Both the position numbers and the translations under genes were made by a program. This document shows, piece by piece, positions 21,239 through 34,900 of a DNA stretch of 64,000 nucleotides (the stretch's first letter is position 1; each line of letters starts with the position of its first letter). This DNA comes from Takakia lepidozioides (taxonomy: Eukaryota; Plantae; Bryophyta), in contig CM060733.1 in the NCBI GenBank assembly GCA_030704615.1, positions 49,228,001 to 49,292,000 of the forward strand, in the 5' to 3' direction. The notes under the pieces were generated by a model. The model was given only the letters and a program-made list of their open reading frames with translations, made no database searches and was not told where the DNA came from.

Positions 21239-24200
21239 TCACGGTTTACTGATTGGGATTAGCAAACCTTTGTGAGCAAGTACCTTTCTGACGTTGAGAG
21301 TCTCGTGAAGGACTCTATGTATGAGCCCGAGGTCTGTCACTGGTTGACGGAGATGATTGAACACTACCTGGATATGTGAGGCCCTGTGGAGGCTGATATC
21401 GAGGTAATCGTTCAGGCATAGGAGACCCTCGTCGCTTCTTCTCTGCCATCTGAATTGCATAGTCTTCTCCCATGTCAAAAGAGTCCGCTGAAGAAACAGT
21501 TGTATCAGAATCCTCATCTCCTCTCAGGTGTTTTAACTGCCGAACTTTTTGTGGAATCCTTTGGGGCATACAATGTTGTCCTACCATGTGTGGAAGTTTA
21601 AATTTTAAAACTTGCTGCAAACGCTGAATGGCAAAATTGGTGAAGACCCTGAGCTCTTTGTCTGTCCAGGTGAGTGGGGTACCAATGACTTGTGAATTGT
21701 GCAAGTATTCCCATCCTTCATGTCCCTTAAAGAAAATATCGTCAGGGCCGCATTTCTGTGTTGACAAATTGTTCCAGGCCGCATGAAACCATGAACGAAT
21801 TTGAGAATCCTTTTGCATCATAACTTTTGCCTCATATAGGTACATATGAGGTGGCACTGAAGGTAAGACCCAATGATCCCCACTGGAATAACTCAGAAAG
21901 CGCGATTGCATCTTGTGTTGCTCAATGTGGTAATGTACCAGAAAACAAGCAGCGTAGTATACCCCACAGCCCATGACAATACTTGCTACCTCCTTGGTCT
22001 TGGTATAAATGAATCCATGTACAACTTGGAAGGCAATTAATTCCTTCAACATGGTACTTGCCTCATGCCAGTACTGCGCAAAGTGATGATCCTCAATGGG
22101 TCGATTGTTTGGAAGTACCTTAGTTCTAGTTGCCACTGGCAGCCATATGCGCATGATTTGATAGTAATGTGCCAATGACTGCGGAGGACAAAATTCTTTC
22201 CAAACCAAATCCAACACAATGGGAATTTGGTTGAAGGGCATAATCATAGCCCTACTGTACTCTCTTGCAGCTGGAGTTTTAGGTGGGTTAAAAGCAGCAT
22301 TTCCCCATACCTCAGGCTGTGGTGGCTGTGGTGTGGCTGTAGTAACAACAGGGTCAGGTACAGTGACTTGTTGTGGTGTTGGTGGCACTGGCTCTTATAC
22401 CATTGGCATCTCCTGCACCTCCTGTGAAGAAGACTGAAAAGCTAAAGTTCTCGCTTTTAAATATGAAGCCATTAGCTGTTCCTCAGGTACACAGACTCTG
22501 TTGTCGATATTTGAAGTGAGGTCCTCCACTTGAGTCTGCAGGCCATCTACATCCTCCTGTAACTCCGCTATCCTACTATAGACATTGTCTATAGTAGTTG
22601 TGGCAATGTTCTGCACTTACAGTCTGAGCTCATTCATCTCGCTTTGGGTGAGCTTTCGTGGTGCTTTGCCCTCCACTGGCCCTTGTGCTAACCAGACCTG
22701 CATAATGTGGTTATCCACTAAGTTGCTTGTGGTACCTCTGAGAGTCTGCTCCTCTCTGAGTTTGTATATATCTAACTGCTGTTGTAAAGCCTCCATGCGC
22801 TTCGCATGAGGTTCAACCAAATTTGCATAGGCAACAAGCAGATTATTGGCTTCCTTCCAAGCCTTGTTAGTGACAGAGATTTCATTTCTATTGGCCATGA
22901 TTGTTTGTTGCAACTCCAGTATGTGTCTCTCTTGGTCAGCTTCAACCTGTCTGTATTGCTTGAAAGTATCCTCATTGCGACAGATTGTATTCTTCATATC
23001 GACAATGAGTTTCACTTGCTCAACATTTTCTGCCTCTGCCTTCATACATCTTTCCGCTTGACTGTTTATTTCTGTTGTAGATTGGTCAAGCATATTTGTG
23101 AGTGTAGCACATTGGATGGCCATCCTGTCATGCACTGTCTGCAACTCCGTATGTAGTGCATTCACTTGTTGCAACTTGCTTTCATGCTTCACTTGCATTT
23201 GGTATAGCTGTTGCTTATGTGCTTCGTGCAACTAGTCTTGCGCGAGGCCTGCCTCAATCAATTGTTCCTTGGCCAATTGCAAAGCCGCTTCTGTACTCTC
23301 CAAGTCGTGCTGCATCTTGAGAGTGACCTCTTCATCGACCTTATTTGCACACTCTGTGGCAAGTCGAGCCTCAAACTCCTTCCTGAGTTCCTCCCTCAAA
23401 GCTGCCAATTGAGTAGTGGGAACATGTGATTTGACATAAGTACCCAACAAATTAAGTGACCTGTTTATGGAACTCATAAGCATCGTCTGTTGAGGGTCAT
23501 CTTGGTGAGCTTGCTGCTGTTCTCCCTGATCCTCAACAGTGTGATGCATTACGAACCACTCAGGCCATTGCCCCACCAGATTTTCTTCCTGAACCACTCC
23601 ATCCGTCATTGGTGCTGCAATGTCTTGGCATTCTACCTGTGGTACCTCCGTCACAGGTGTGTGTATTATATGCGCCGCAGGGTTTCCCCTGGACAACCGT
23701 TGCACCTCCGGAATCACTGTGTCCTTGACCATACCAGAATATTCATAGAGAAGGTCCCCCTTCTCAATTTCTGCCACCACCTGTTCTGTAGTGGGAATAT
23801 CTAACCCTTCTTTTTCTAAATCAATTATTTCTGGTTGAACTGCATGGACAACTTGTGGTAACTTTGTGACAAGCCAATCATCTGGCTGTGATGGCTGTGA
23901 TACTGAAGTAACTTCCTCTTCCTTCTCTGAAGGTCCTGCTTCCAGTAATAGCAGTTCTCTGTGCTGCTGTGCCCCTTCCTGCACAAGAGCTTGGGAAACA
24001 TTATCATGCAGATTCCGTGAAGCCAGTGGATCCGCCACTACAGTCTTTCCCCGTCTCTGTCTCTTAGTCTCGGGTTGCCCTGCCAGTCCACCCTCACTGT
24101 GTGAAGAGCCTTGCTCTTCCATTGCAGTGGTTTCTGGCTCAAACACTCTCATCTCCTTTCTTTCTCGCGCATCAAGTATGCCAGAATTATTTGAGCAATA

Positions 24201-25006
24201 ATTGGGCCAGACACTATGATAGGAGACTTTGCGGCAGTACCCTGTAATCTTTTCATCTCCTCTACCAGTGCGTTGTACATTATGTCCGCCCATTCTACCT
24301 CTTCTCCTCTCAGGGCTTTGAGTATTTCTTCTGTGAAGGATCTGCTTAAATACTGTTGGTTCTGTTTCATGGCAAACAGAACGTTCAATACCTGGCCTAC
24401 CTCTCTTAGCCCTGGGTACACGGCCTTGGTACAAGCATAACCCTGAGTTTTAAAGAAACTCCCTTCTTGGAATAAGTCCCATATTTGCAGTCTTGCCCTG
24501 TGCTCCTCCACATGCACCTGACCTGCTGGCAATCGAAACAGTTGCTGTAGGTATAGGGGAATAATTACCAATTCAACTCCCTTCACCGTTGTTGCTCCTG
24601 TCCTTGGCTCAAAGTTCTCAAAGAATTGTAACATGTACTGTCTATGGTGCAATGTCCAATCTTTGCGTTGCAATCCTTCCAATCGCAGCTCTTTCAGTAA
24701 CTTCACCGCCTGTGGAGTAACAATCGTTTGTTTCTGTAGGATTGTGGTGCTCTTCACCCTGATTTCTTCCATTCCTCTCTCTCTCTTCATTCTAGACCCA
24801 CAGAAATGTTTTGGCTGTAACAATTGAAGAAATGCCTGTAGTGCACAAAGCATAAACGTATGGTTGCCACAAAAAGCTATGGATAATTTCTTGTAAGCCT
24901 GCGGGGCTTGCAAGCATCGATCAAGAGAAAAGATCCGTTCTGTTCTTTCGTCTCTATGCCATTGCGTAAGTAATATTGCGAGCGTATAGTCTGTTAGTTC
25001 CTCCAT
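21239..25006 (-). pseudogene. Extra 3' ORF of the gypsy element (frameshift, premature stops)
   Basis: ORF pieces 24149-25006, 23232-24434, 22617-23231, 22395-22616 and 21315-22388 are colinear with 31909-35672; the stops fall at Gln codons. Confidence 0.85.
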
Positions 25007-25570
25007 AGCTTCAAAGCTATCGCATTGATGGTTTGTCCCGTCGAGACGCCCGTTACTTAGAACGACGCCGACTCTTGCGCTTAATTTCCCTCCAATTTCT
25101 TGATCCCTTCTCTAGCTTTCGATTGGCTGTAACCGCTGTGACTGGATTTTAGATTTAATTTTCTTTAGTGGACTTTCCCTGCTGGACTGTCCACTAGGAT
25201 AACACATGTGACAAGAATTTCGCTTTTCTGTACTTGCCGTTTGTTCTGTTGCCCCTTTTCTGTATTCATTAATGGGCCCGCCATTCATCCAAATTGACGC
25301 GCTGATTAGGTATTCTGACGGCCATTCTTGTCCTCTTTCTTGATGAGATCTGTTCTTGCACTTCCTTCTCAGCTGTGTGTTGCGCCCTGACTTCCACGTG
25401 TCCCTTTCTAAACTGACTTCCGTCCTTTCTTCCGCCAGCCATTTCCCTGAAGTTATCATGCGTTCACCTGTCACTGATTCTATGGATTGTGTAACCCTAG
25501 TAGGCTGTGTTAAGCTGTGACAGGCTGTGTCATACTGTGGTGTGCCGTGATAGGCTATGATACACTGTGG

Positions 25571-28324
25571 TTAGCTGTGATAGGCTGTGACACGCTGTGG
25601 TAGGTTGTGATATGCTGTGTCGCGCCTTGATGGGCTGTGATAGGCTGTGTCGCGCCTTGATGGGCTGTGATAGGATGTGTCGCGCCTTGATGGGCTGTGA
25701 TAGGCTGTGTCGCGCTTGATCTGCCCGCCCCGGTCATACATGCTCGGCCTAACGACAAGTGCTCCATATTCCGTTGGTAACACTGGCGCAGCCCGTGACG
25801 GCCTTTGCGTTTCAACATGCAAATCATGTTGTAATGGTTTGTCATGGATACCACTGTATCCCTTCAACTTATTGGCATTGACTCTTCTCAGCATTTCTTT
25901 GTTAATGGTTTGTAACATGGCGGTGTTGTTATCATACATCTTTTGTATGACATAAGGTCCTTTCCATGGTGATTTAAGCTTAGAATCTTTAATCTTTCCC
26001 TTCTTCTGTAACCATAGAACCGAATCTCCCGTCTTAACAGTCTTTAACTTGCCTTCATTAAACTGTTCTTTCCTCTTCATCTGAATTCTGGTCATATTAT
26101 CAGCTGCATCAGCACGTACTTCTTTCACATGGTATAATTCATGTTTCCTGACCTTAATGGAATCTTGCAATTCCATTATCTTTCCCCATTCCGTTCTCAA
26201 GGTAGGTAACAGGAATTCCACTGGAAGTAAAGCTTCCATACCATAAACTAATTGGAATGGTGTATACTTAGTGGTGACTTTATATGAAGTCCTGTATGAC
26301 CACAAAGCTGTCAGCAGCTTTGTATCCCAATCCGTTCTGTTTGCATTGACTATCTTAGTCAAGATAGTACATAGTATTTTGTTGGTAGCCTCTGCCTGCC
26401 CATTACCCTGTGGGTAATATGTTGTACTCTTCCTATGCACAATCATGAACTCTTTAGTCAATAATTCAATGGTCTCATTAATGAAGTGACTTCCCTGATC
26501 ACTGATAAATTCCAAAGGACAGCCAAATCGTGTAAGTATGTTCTCATACAGAAACCTTGCTGTGGACTTGGCTGTGTTGTCCCTCAAAGCTTTAGCTTCC
26601 ACCCACTTCATAGTATAATCAGTGGCTGTAATTATGTACCTGTTCTGTGTATTCTTGGCTGGTGGGTTAATTGGTCCAACAAAGTCTAGTCCCCATTTCT
26701 GAAATGGTTCCGTAGGCATTGTAGGATGCAAAGCCATTTTCCCAGATCTCTGCAAAGGTCCTAGCCTCTGACATTCATCACAACTCTGACAATACTTGTG
26801 TACATCTTTGAACAAAGTAGGCCACCAGTAACCTGCATGTAGTATTTTCCTGCTGGTAGTCTCTTCTCCAAAATGACCTCCTGCCACTCCTTTATGAACT
26901 TCCTCCAAAACTTTATTAACTTCATGATGGTATAAGCATCGCTTCAGCACTCCATTTGGTCCTAGCTTATACATTCTGCTCCCTACCATAGTGTAAGGTA
27001 GAGCCTTGATAGCAATTCTCTTTCTCTGCTCCTTTCCATAACTTGGTGGGCACTGACCATGAGCAAGGTAGTATCTGATTGGCCACTGCCAATCTAACCA
27101 GTCATCTGCACTTCCCTGCACCTCCACTACAAATAGACTCGCATCTGATAATTGATCATCTACTCCTGTGGCTGGTTCTCCTGTTGATAACCGTGACAAG
27201 TGATCCGCCACAAGATGCAGTCTCCCAGGCTTGTAAACAACCTCGAACTCAAACTCGTGCAAGATTATCAACCATCTTGCTATTCTTCCGCTTATCAGAG
27301 GTTTGTTTACCAGGTATATCAGAGCCTGGTGATCCACATAGAACATAAACTTCTTGCCCAACAGGTAATGCCTGAATTTCTTCACTGCATAGATCATTGC
27401 CAATGCTTCTCTTTCCGTTGTGCTATAATTTCTTTCGGCATTGTTCATCAATTGGCTAGCATAGTACACATGTGAATCTATCCTTCCTGTTATATTTTGG
27501 GCTAACACTGCTCCTAGTGCTTCTCCAGAAGCATCACAGTGAACATGAAATATTTCCTGCCAGTGAGGACTAATCAGCACAGGTGTAGTTGTTACTGACA
27601 ATGTAAGTTCCTCAAAAGCCTGTTGACATTCAGGTGTCCATGCAAACACTGCATCTTTCTTCAAAAGTTTGCTCAATGGTGCTGCTATCTGTGCATATCG
27701 TCTGACAAATCTTCTGTAATAGCTTGTTTGTCCAAGGAATCTCCTTAGACTCTTAACATTCATTGGTGGTGGAGAGGCTTTAATGGCCTTTGTTTTCCTG
27801 GGATCCACAAGAAGTCCCCTCTTACACACAATGTGTCCCAGAAGCACCCCTGAGCTCACACAGAAAGTACACTTCTCTGGATTCAGGCCCAGACCTCTCA
27901 TCCTGCATCTGGCCAGACATAACTTCAATTTATGTAAGTGCTCATTCTTAGAGCTGTACACACTGAAATCATCCAAGAATACCTGCATGAAATCATCCAA
28001 ATACTCATGAAAAGATTCACTTATCACTCTCTGAAAGGTCGCTGGTGCATTACAAAGTCCAAAGGGCATGACTTTGTATGCATAAGCACCCCAGTCTGTG
28101 ATGAAAGCTGTTTTTCCTTGGTCTTCTTCTGCCACTTGCACTTGATTATAACCATTGAAGCCATCCATGAATGAGTACATCTCATGGCCTGCCACAGTGT
28201 CTAATACTGCTTCTGTGAATGGCAAAGGGAAAGGATCTTTCTTTGTACAAGCATTCAGCTTCTTGTAGTTCACACAAACTCTTAGTTTACCATTCTTCTT
28301 GGGAACTATCACAATGGGTGACAA
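25571..28324 (-). CDS. Gypsy pol (RT-RNaseH-integrase), 5'-truncated, uninterrupted frame
   Basis: VFLDDF (RT), HCDASG...TTEREALA (RNase H), H-H-C-C, WGLDFVGP, SDQG and QAE (integrase), GPY motif. Confidence 0.95.
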   Translation of the reverse strand: MSPIVIVPKKNGKLRVCVNYKKLNACTKKDPFPLPFTEAVLDTVAGHEMYSFMDGFNGYNQVQVAEEDQGKTAFITDWGAYAYKVMPFGLCNAPATFQRVISESFHEYLDDFMQVFLDDFSVYSSKNEHLHKLKLCLARCRMRGLGLNPEKCTFCVSSGVLLGHIVCKRGLLVDPRKTKAIKASPPPMNVKSLRRFLGQTSYYRRFVRRYAQIAAPLSKLLKKDAVFAWTPECQQAFEELTLSVTTTPVLISPHWQEIFHVHCDASGEALGAVLAQNITGRIDSHVYYASQLMNNAERNYSTTEREALAMIYAVKKFRHYLLGKKFMFYVDHQALIYLVNKPLISGRIARWLIILHEFEFEVVYKPGRLHLVADHLSRLSTGEPATGVDDQLSDASLFVVEVQGSADDWLDWQWPIRYYLAHGQCPPSYGKEQRKRIAIKALPYTMVGSRMYKLGPNGVLKRCLYHHEVNKVLEEVHKGVAGGHFGEETTSRKILHAGYWWPTLFKDVHKYCQSCDECQRLGPLQRSGKMALHPTMPTEPFQKWGLDFVGPINPPAKNTQNRYIITATDYTMKWVEAKALRDNTAKSTARFLYENILTRFGCPLEFISDQGSHFINETIELLTKEFMIVHRKSTTYYPQGNGQAEATNKILCTILTKIVNANRTDWDTKLLTALWSYRTSYKVTTKYTPFQLVYGMEALLPVEFLLPTLRTEWGKIMELQDSIKVRKHELYHVKEVRADAADNMTRIQMKRKEQFNEGKLKTVKTGDSVLWLQKKGKIKDSKLKSPWKGPYVIQKMYDNNTAMLQTINKEMLRRVNANKLKGYSGIHDKPLQHDLHVETQRPSRAAPVLPTEYGALVVRPSMYDRGGQIKRDTAYHSPSRRDTSYHSPSRRDTAYHSPSRRDTAYHNLPQRVTAYHS

Positions 28325-28365
28325 TGAAAGCGAAATCAAACAAAGCGAAAGCAGAAGTGGCTTGC

Positions 28366-28542
28366 CTGAGAGTACTCGGCTTCAGTTGGCACGGGTTGTG
28401 AGCAAGACACTGGAATCTCCTGCTGGAGCTTCAGTTTGGCCATGCGAGAGAATGGCCGTCGTCCGTAGTACAGAGCTTTCAACTTCCGCCGCGGTCTGGA
28501 TGTGAGGTCTCTCTCAGGAGAGCCACGCCCTTCAGGCGGCAT
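28366..28542 (-). pseudogene. Exon 1 of the ParB-MTase cargo gene, copy B (rest deleted)
   Basis: MPPEGRGSPERDLTSRPRRKLK...EAEYSQ followed by the same GC donor; near-identical to 3351-3527. Confidence 0.85.
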
Positions 28543-28769
28543 AAGTCCCAGCCAAAAAGGAAAAAAATCTCCGTTTTTTGGGTACATGCCTCGAATAGCA
28601 TGTTAAGCCAAGATTAGCATCAGATTTAGGATACGTATCCAGGAAGCCATGTGTCGGCAGCCCGAATGAAAACGGACGGCGGTGGACATTTATTGCCCAA
28701 CTGCGCAATTAAATGTCGGATGAAGCCCTCCATGTCGGATGAAAAACGATGGAACTCAGCCCGAAATTT

Positions 28770-30490
28770 CCAACGTAGAGGTAATTCGGAGCTCTGCAGG
28801 ATGGAAATCCGGCGCCGGATTTCCATCCTGCAGGTAATTCGGAGCACAGCAGGATGGAAATTCAGCGCCAAATTTCCATCCTGCAAGGTAGGGTGGCGCG
28901 CGAAATTTCCCTCACGCAGGTAATTCGGAGGCGGATGGATGGAAATCCGGCGCCGGATTTCCATCCGAGCAGGTAGGGCGGCGCGCGAAATTTCCCTCAC
29001 GCAGGTAATTCGGAAGCGGATGGTTGGAAATCCGGCGCCGGATTTCCATCCGCGCAGGTAGGGCGGCGCGCGAAATTTCCCTCACGCAGGTAATTCAGAA
29101 GCGGATGGATGGAAATCCGGCGCCGGATTTCCATCCGCGCAGGTAGAGCGGCGCGCGAAATTTCCCTCACGCAGGTAATTCGGAAGCGGATGGATGGAAA
29201 TCCGGCGCCGGATTTCCTTCCAGCAAGTAAGTCGGATCGCTGGCGTATGGATATTCGGCGCCGAATTTCCATTCGCCAGGTATTTCGAAGCGCTGAATTA
29301 CCTTCCTGCAGGTAATTCTGAGCGTGTCCGATTGATTTTTTCGGAGAAAAACAAACTGAACTGTTTGTTTTGTGGCTGAAGTGCACTTGTAGACACGTTT
29401 TTCTTGGAATCCTTGACTGCTAGAGGCAAATCGGAACAGCCTCGGACGGAAATTCGGCGCCGTTTTTCCATTCTGGGAGGTTTTTACGACTTCCTTTGAG
29501 GGGGCCCCGATGGAAATTCGGCGCCGAATTTCCATCCGGGGGATGGTCTCTGTCGGAGAGGTGCCGGCCTCTCCGCCGCTCTGTTGGATATTCGGTGCCG
29601 AATTTCCGTCCGGGGGTTGAAATATGACGGCCAGGTGCCGGCCTCTCCCCCCTCCCCGACTGCATTGGAATGGCCCCGGATGGAAATTCGGCGCCGTTTT
29701 TCCATCTGGGGAGGTTTTTATATCGGCCAGTTTTCGGCCTGACCCCCCGACACGACTTCCTTTGGGGGGCCCGGATGGAAATTCGGCGCCGAATCTCCAT
29801 CCAGGGGATGCTCTCTGTCGAACACGTGCCGGCCTCTACGCCCGAGGCGACTTCATCCGGGCGTCCCCTGTTGGATATTTGGTGCCGAATTTCCGTCCGG
29901 GGGTTGAAATGTGACGGCCAGGTGCCGACCTCTCCCCCTCCCCGACTGCATCCGAACCGCCCCGGATGGAAATTCGGCGTCGTTTTTCCATCTGGGGATG
30001 TTTTTATGCCGGCCAGTTTTCGGCCTGACCCCCCGACACGACTTCATTTGGGGGGGCCCGGATGGAAATTCGGCGCCGAATGTCCATCCAGGGGATGTTC
30101 TCTGTCGCACACGTGCCGGCCTCTGCGCCCGAGGCGACTTCATCCGGGCTTCCCCTGTTGTATATTCGGTGCCGAATTTCCGTCCGGGGGTTGTAATGTG
30201 AGGGCCAGATGGCGGCCTTTCCCCCGAGCCGACTACATCCGAAAGGCCTCGGATGGAAATTCGGCGCCGTTTTTTCCATCCGCGGAGGTTTTTATGTCGG
30301 CCAGTTTTCGGCCTGACCCCCCGGCAGGACTTCCTTTGGGGGGATCCGAATGGAAATTCGGCGCTGAATTTCTATCCGGGGGATGTTCTCTGTCGGACAG
30401 GTGCCAGCATCTCTGCCCCAGACGACTTCATCCGTGCGGCCCCTGTTGGATATTGGGTGCCGAATTTCCATTCGAGGGTAGTAATGTGAC
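28770..30490. repeat. Palindrome arrays of the copy B spacer (~84-bp and ~288-bp units)
   Basis: Many GATGGAAAT(T/C)CGGCGCCG(A/G)ATTTCCATC copies; reverse complement of parts of 810-3125. Confidence 0.9.
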
Positions 30491-30884
30491 GGCACGGTGC
30501 CGGCTTCTCCCCTTCAGCCGACATCATCCGGACGGCCCCCCACTTTCTGACTGCATACCGTTGGCAGTTATTGCGCAAAGACCAGGGGCCGCATTCCGGA
30601 GACAAGGTTCATTAACACTCTGACTGTGGATTTTTGAGATAGTTGGCTCCCTGGATTTGGATCAGGCTTCGTCGCTCGGACAAATCGGCACCGCATTCCT
30701 TCCCATCAGTGCATCCCCCTTCTACCAGGGAGCTTCCCCGCACGCCATCCTGGCAGTCTTGTGTGCACATCTCCCATGGCGGAAAACCCGAGCGTACAGT
30801 GTACTGCCCTCCTCACGAGCATAGAGCTTCATTTCCGTGTAGAGGGGACATCTGCCGAGTGATGGAGAAATATCTGTGCGTTCG

Positions 30885-31870
30885 TGTCGCGCGGCTTTTA
30901 CTCACCCATCCCTTCGCTATCCGAGGCGGAAACTCCAAGATAGAAGAGTTGGAAATCTCTAAGTACTCAGCCCGCGCAGAACAATCAGTCATGACCTACA
31001 GCTAGTGTATCATGGGGGTGTTTCCTATTTGTTTCCTCTCCGCATTCATTCTTAGCTACCTTACCATTGATAATTAAGTATCAGTTTGCTTCATCAATTT
31101 ATCGGTTTCCTTAACTCCTCCATTCAATCCACAGCTTCACTCAGATCTCTCTACACAGTGTGATTGTATCGTATAAGTATCAGATTATGATTTATCAGGT
31201 ATCAGGCCGAAGCCATTGTGTCTCTATTCTCCTCTACAATATCCCTACAGCTTTGCATATAACAAGCATCTACTAATCCTCTTTCCTCCTTCATCGTGCT
31301 CACCGACTTCCGCTCCCGTATGACTCCCAAATCCTCCTTCCCCGAATAATCCCCCTCATCATTCCCCGTTCTCCCCTTTATCCTCCTATCCGCGGTTCTA
31401 ACCGTTTCCCTCTCTAACCGTCGTATGTGAATTAATATGTTCCCTTCACAGGTGTTGTTCCCCACAGTCGTTCCCTGTCCTACTCTTCGTTCCCTATTAT
31501 CGTGACAGCTGTGTCAAGCGGTGACTGGCTGTGTTTGGCTGTGTCGGGCTGTGCCGGGCTGTGACTGGCTGTGTGGGCTGTGTGGGCTGTGACGACTGTG
31601 ACGGGCTGTGTGGGCTGTGACGGCTGTGTGGGCTGTGTGGGCTGTGACGACTGTGACGGGCTGTGTGGGCTGTGACGGCTGTGTGGGCTGTGTGGGCTGT
31701 GACGACTGTGACGGGCTGTGACTGCTATGTCGGCTGTGTGGGCTATGTAACCCCCCTCTACAGTGCGCTGCTGTCACCCCTAAGGTTTTTGTTTGTCTCA
31801 GTCTGTGCAAAAATTAAGGATACCCTACAGATCCCGTATAAGTGTCTAAGTCCCCTACAGTCCTCTAACA
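30885..31870 (-). repeat. 3' LTR
   Basis: TGTCGCGC...CTCTAACA; PPT 31871-31887 (GAGGGGGGAAGGGGTAA on the minus strand). Confidence 0.97.
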
Positions 31871-31908
31871 TTACCCCTTCCCCCCTCAAAAAGCCGTGTC
31901 CTCACGGT

Positions 31909-34900
31909 TTACTGTTTCCGAGTAGCAAACCTTTGTGAGTGAGCACCTTGTTGACGTTGAGAGTTTCGTGGTGGGCTGTGTGTACGAGCCCGAGGTCTGT
32001 CTCTGGTTGATGGAGATGGTTGATCACTACCTGGATAAGTGAGGCCTTCTGGAGGCTGATATCGAGGTAATCTTTCCGGCATAGGAGATCCCCTTTGTTT
32101 CTTCTCTTCCATCTGAATTGCATAGTCTTCTCCCATGTCAAAAGAATTTTGTGAAGAAACAGTTGTATCAGAATCCTCATCGCCTCTCAGGTGTTTTAAT
32201 TTTCGAACTTTTTGTGGAATCATCTGGGGCATACAATGCTGTCCTACCATGTCTGGAAGTTTGCATTTTACAACCTGGTGTAACCGTTGAACAGCAAAAT
32301 TGGTGTAGACACTGAGCTCCTTGTCTGTCCAGATGAGTGGGGTACCAATTACTTGTGCAGCGTGCAAGTATTTCCATGCGATATGTCCCTTATAGAAAAT
32401 GTCATCAAGTCCGAATTTCTGTGTTGACGAATTGTTGCAGGCTGCTTGAAACCATGAACGAATTTGAGAATCCTTTTGTATCATAACTTTTGGGTCATAT
32501 AGGTACATATGAGGTGGCACCGAAGGTAATACCCAATGATCTCCACTGGAGTAACTTTGAAAGCGTGCTTGCATCTTTTGTTGCTCTATGTGGTAACGTA
32601 TCAGAAAACAAGCAGCGTAGTATAGCCCGCACCCCATGACAATACTTGCTATCTCCTTGGTCTTGGTATAAATGAGTCCATGTACAACCTGGAAAGCAAC
32701 AATTCCCTCAACATGGTACCTGCCTCGTGCCAGTATTGTGCAAAGTGATGATCTTCAATATGTCGATTGTTTGGAAGAACTTTAGTCCTGGTTGCCACTG
32801 GCAGCCAAATACGCATGATTTGGTAGTAATGTGCGAATGACTGCGGAGGACTAAATTCTTTCCAAGCCAAATCCAACATGATGGGAATTTGGTTGAAGGG
32901 CATAATCATAGCCCTACTGTACTCCCTGGCAGCTGGAGTTTTAGGTGGGTTAAAAGCTGCATTGCCCCATACCTCCGGCTGTGGTGGCTGTGGTGTGGTT
33001 GTAGTAACCACAGGTTCAGCTACTGGTACACTGACCTGTTGTGGTGGTGGTGGTACTGGTTCCTGTACCATTGGCATCTCCTGCACCTCCTGTGAAGACT
33101 GAAAAGCCAGAGTTCTGGCTTGCAAATAAGAAGCCATTAGCTGTTCCTGAGGGATATAGACTCTTTGGTCGATGTTTGAAGTGAGGTCTTCCACTTGAGT
33201 CTGGAGTCCGTCTACATCCTCTTGTAACTCTGCTATCCTACTATAGACATTGTCTATAGTAGTTGTGGCAATGTTCTGCACCTGCAGTCTGAGCTCATTC
33301 ATCTCGCTTTGGGTGAGCTTCCGTGGGCTTTGCCTTCTACTGGCCCTTGTGCTAACCAGACCTGCATAAGGCTGTTATCCACCAAGCTGCTTGTGGTTCC
33401 CCTGAGAGTTTGCTCCTCTCTTAGCTTATACAATTCCAACTGCTGTTGTAAAGCCTTCATGCGCTTCGCCTGTGGCTCAACCAATTGCGCATAGGCAGCA
33501 AGTAGATTATTGGCTTCTTTCGAAGCCTTGTTACTGACCGCGATTTCATTTCTATTGGCCACGATGGTTTGTTGCAACTCCACGATGTATTTCTCATTCT
33601 CAGCTTCCATCTGCCTGTATTGCTTGAAAGTATCTTCATTGCGACAGATTGTATTCTTCATATCGACAATGAGCTTCATGTGTTCCACATTCTCTTCTTC
33701 TGCCTTCGTACATTTTTCCGCTTGACTGTTTATTTCTTTTGTTGATTGGTCAAGCATAGTTGTAAATGTAGCGCATTGTATCGCCATCCTGTTATGCACT
33801 GTCTGCAACTCCGTATGTAGTGCATTCAGTTCTTGCAACTTGCTTTCATGCTGCACCTGCATTTGGTATAGCTGTTGCTTATGTGCTTCGTGCAACTGGT
33901 CTTGCGCGAGGCCTGCCTCAATCAATTGTTGCTTGGCCAATTGCAAAGCCATTTCTGTATTGGCCAAGTCCTGCTTCATCTTGAGAGTGACCTCTTCATC
34001 GACCTTGTTTGCACACTCAGTGGCAAGTCGAGCCTCAAACTCCTTCCTGAGTTCTTCTTTCAAGGCTGTCAATTGGGTAATTGGAACATGGGTTTTGACA
34101 TAAGTCCCCAACAAATTAAGTGTCCTGCCTATGGAACTCATCAGCATTGCCTGTTGAGGGTCATCATGGTGAGGTTGCTGCTGTTCCTCCTGATCTTCAA
34201 CAGTATGATGTCTCACTAACCATTCAGACCATTGTCCCACCGGATTTTCTTCCTGAACTACTTCATTTATGACCGGTGCTACAGTGTCATGGCCTTCCGC
34301 CTGTGGTACCTCCGACACAGGTGTGTGCATTATATGTACCTCAGGATTTCTCTTGGGCAACTGTTGCACCTCTGGGATTTCTGTCTGCTTGACCAGACCA
34401 GAATATTCATAGAGAAGGTCCCCTTTCTCTATTTCCGCCACTATCTGTTCTGTAGTTGGAATATCTATCCCTTCACTTTCCAAATCAATTATTTCGGGTT
34501 GAGCTGCATGGATAACTTGTGACCTTGTGACAAGTCGTTCAAGTGGCTGTGTTGGTTGTGATGCAGAAGTAACTTCTTCCTCCCTCTCTGAAGGTCCTGC
34601 TTCCAGTAATAACATTCTTTTGTGCTGCTGTGCCCCTTCCTGGTCATGAGCTTGGGAAACATTATCATGCGGAATCCGTGAAGCCAGTGGATCCGCCACT
34701 ACAGTCTTTCCCCTTCTCTGCCTCTTAGTCTCGGGTTGTGCTGCTAGTCCACCCTCACTGTGTGAAGAGCCTTGCTCTTCCATTGCAGTTGTTTCTGGCT
34801 CAAACACTCCCATTTCCTTCCTTTCTTGTGCATTAAGTATGCCAGAACTAAGGATTATTTGAGCAATGATTGGGCCAGACACTATGATAGGAGATTTTGC

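Larger units (their letters stand above)
20228..28324 (-). mobile_element. 5'-truncated Ty3/gypsy LTR retrotransposon
   Basis: 3' LTR 20228-21205 (TG..CA), PPT 21206-21220, extra 3' ORF and RT-RH-INT; breaks inside RT at 28324. Confidence 0.95.
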
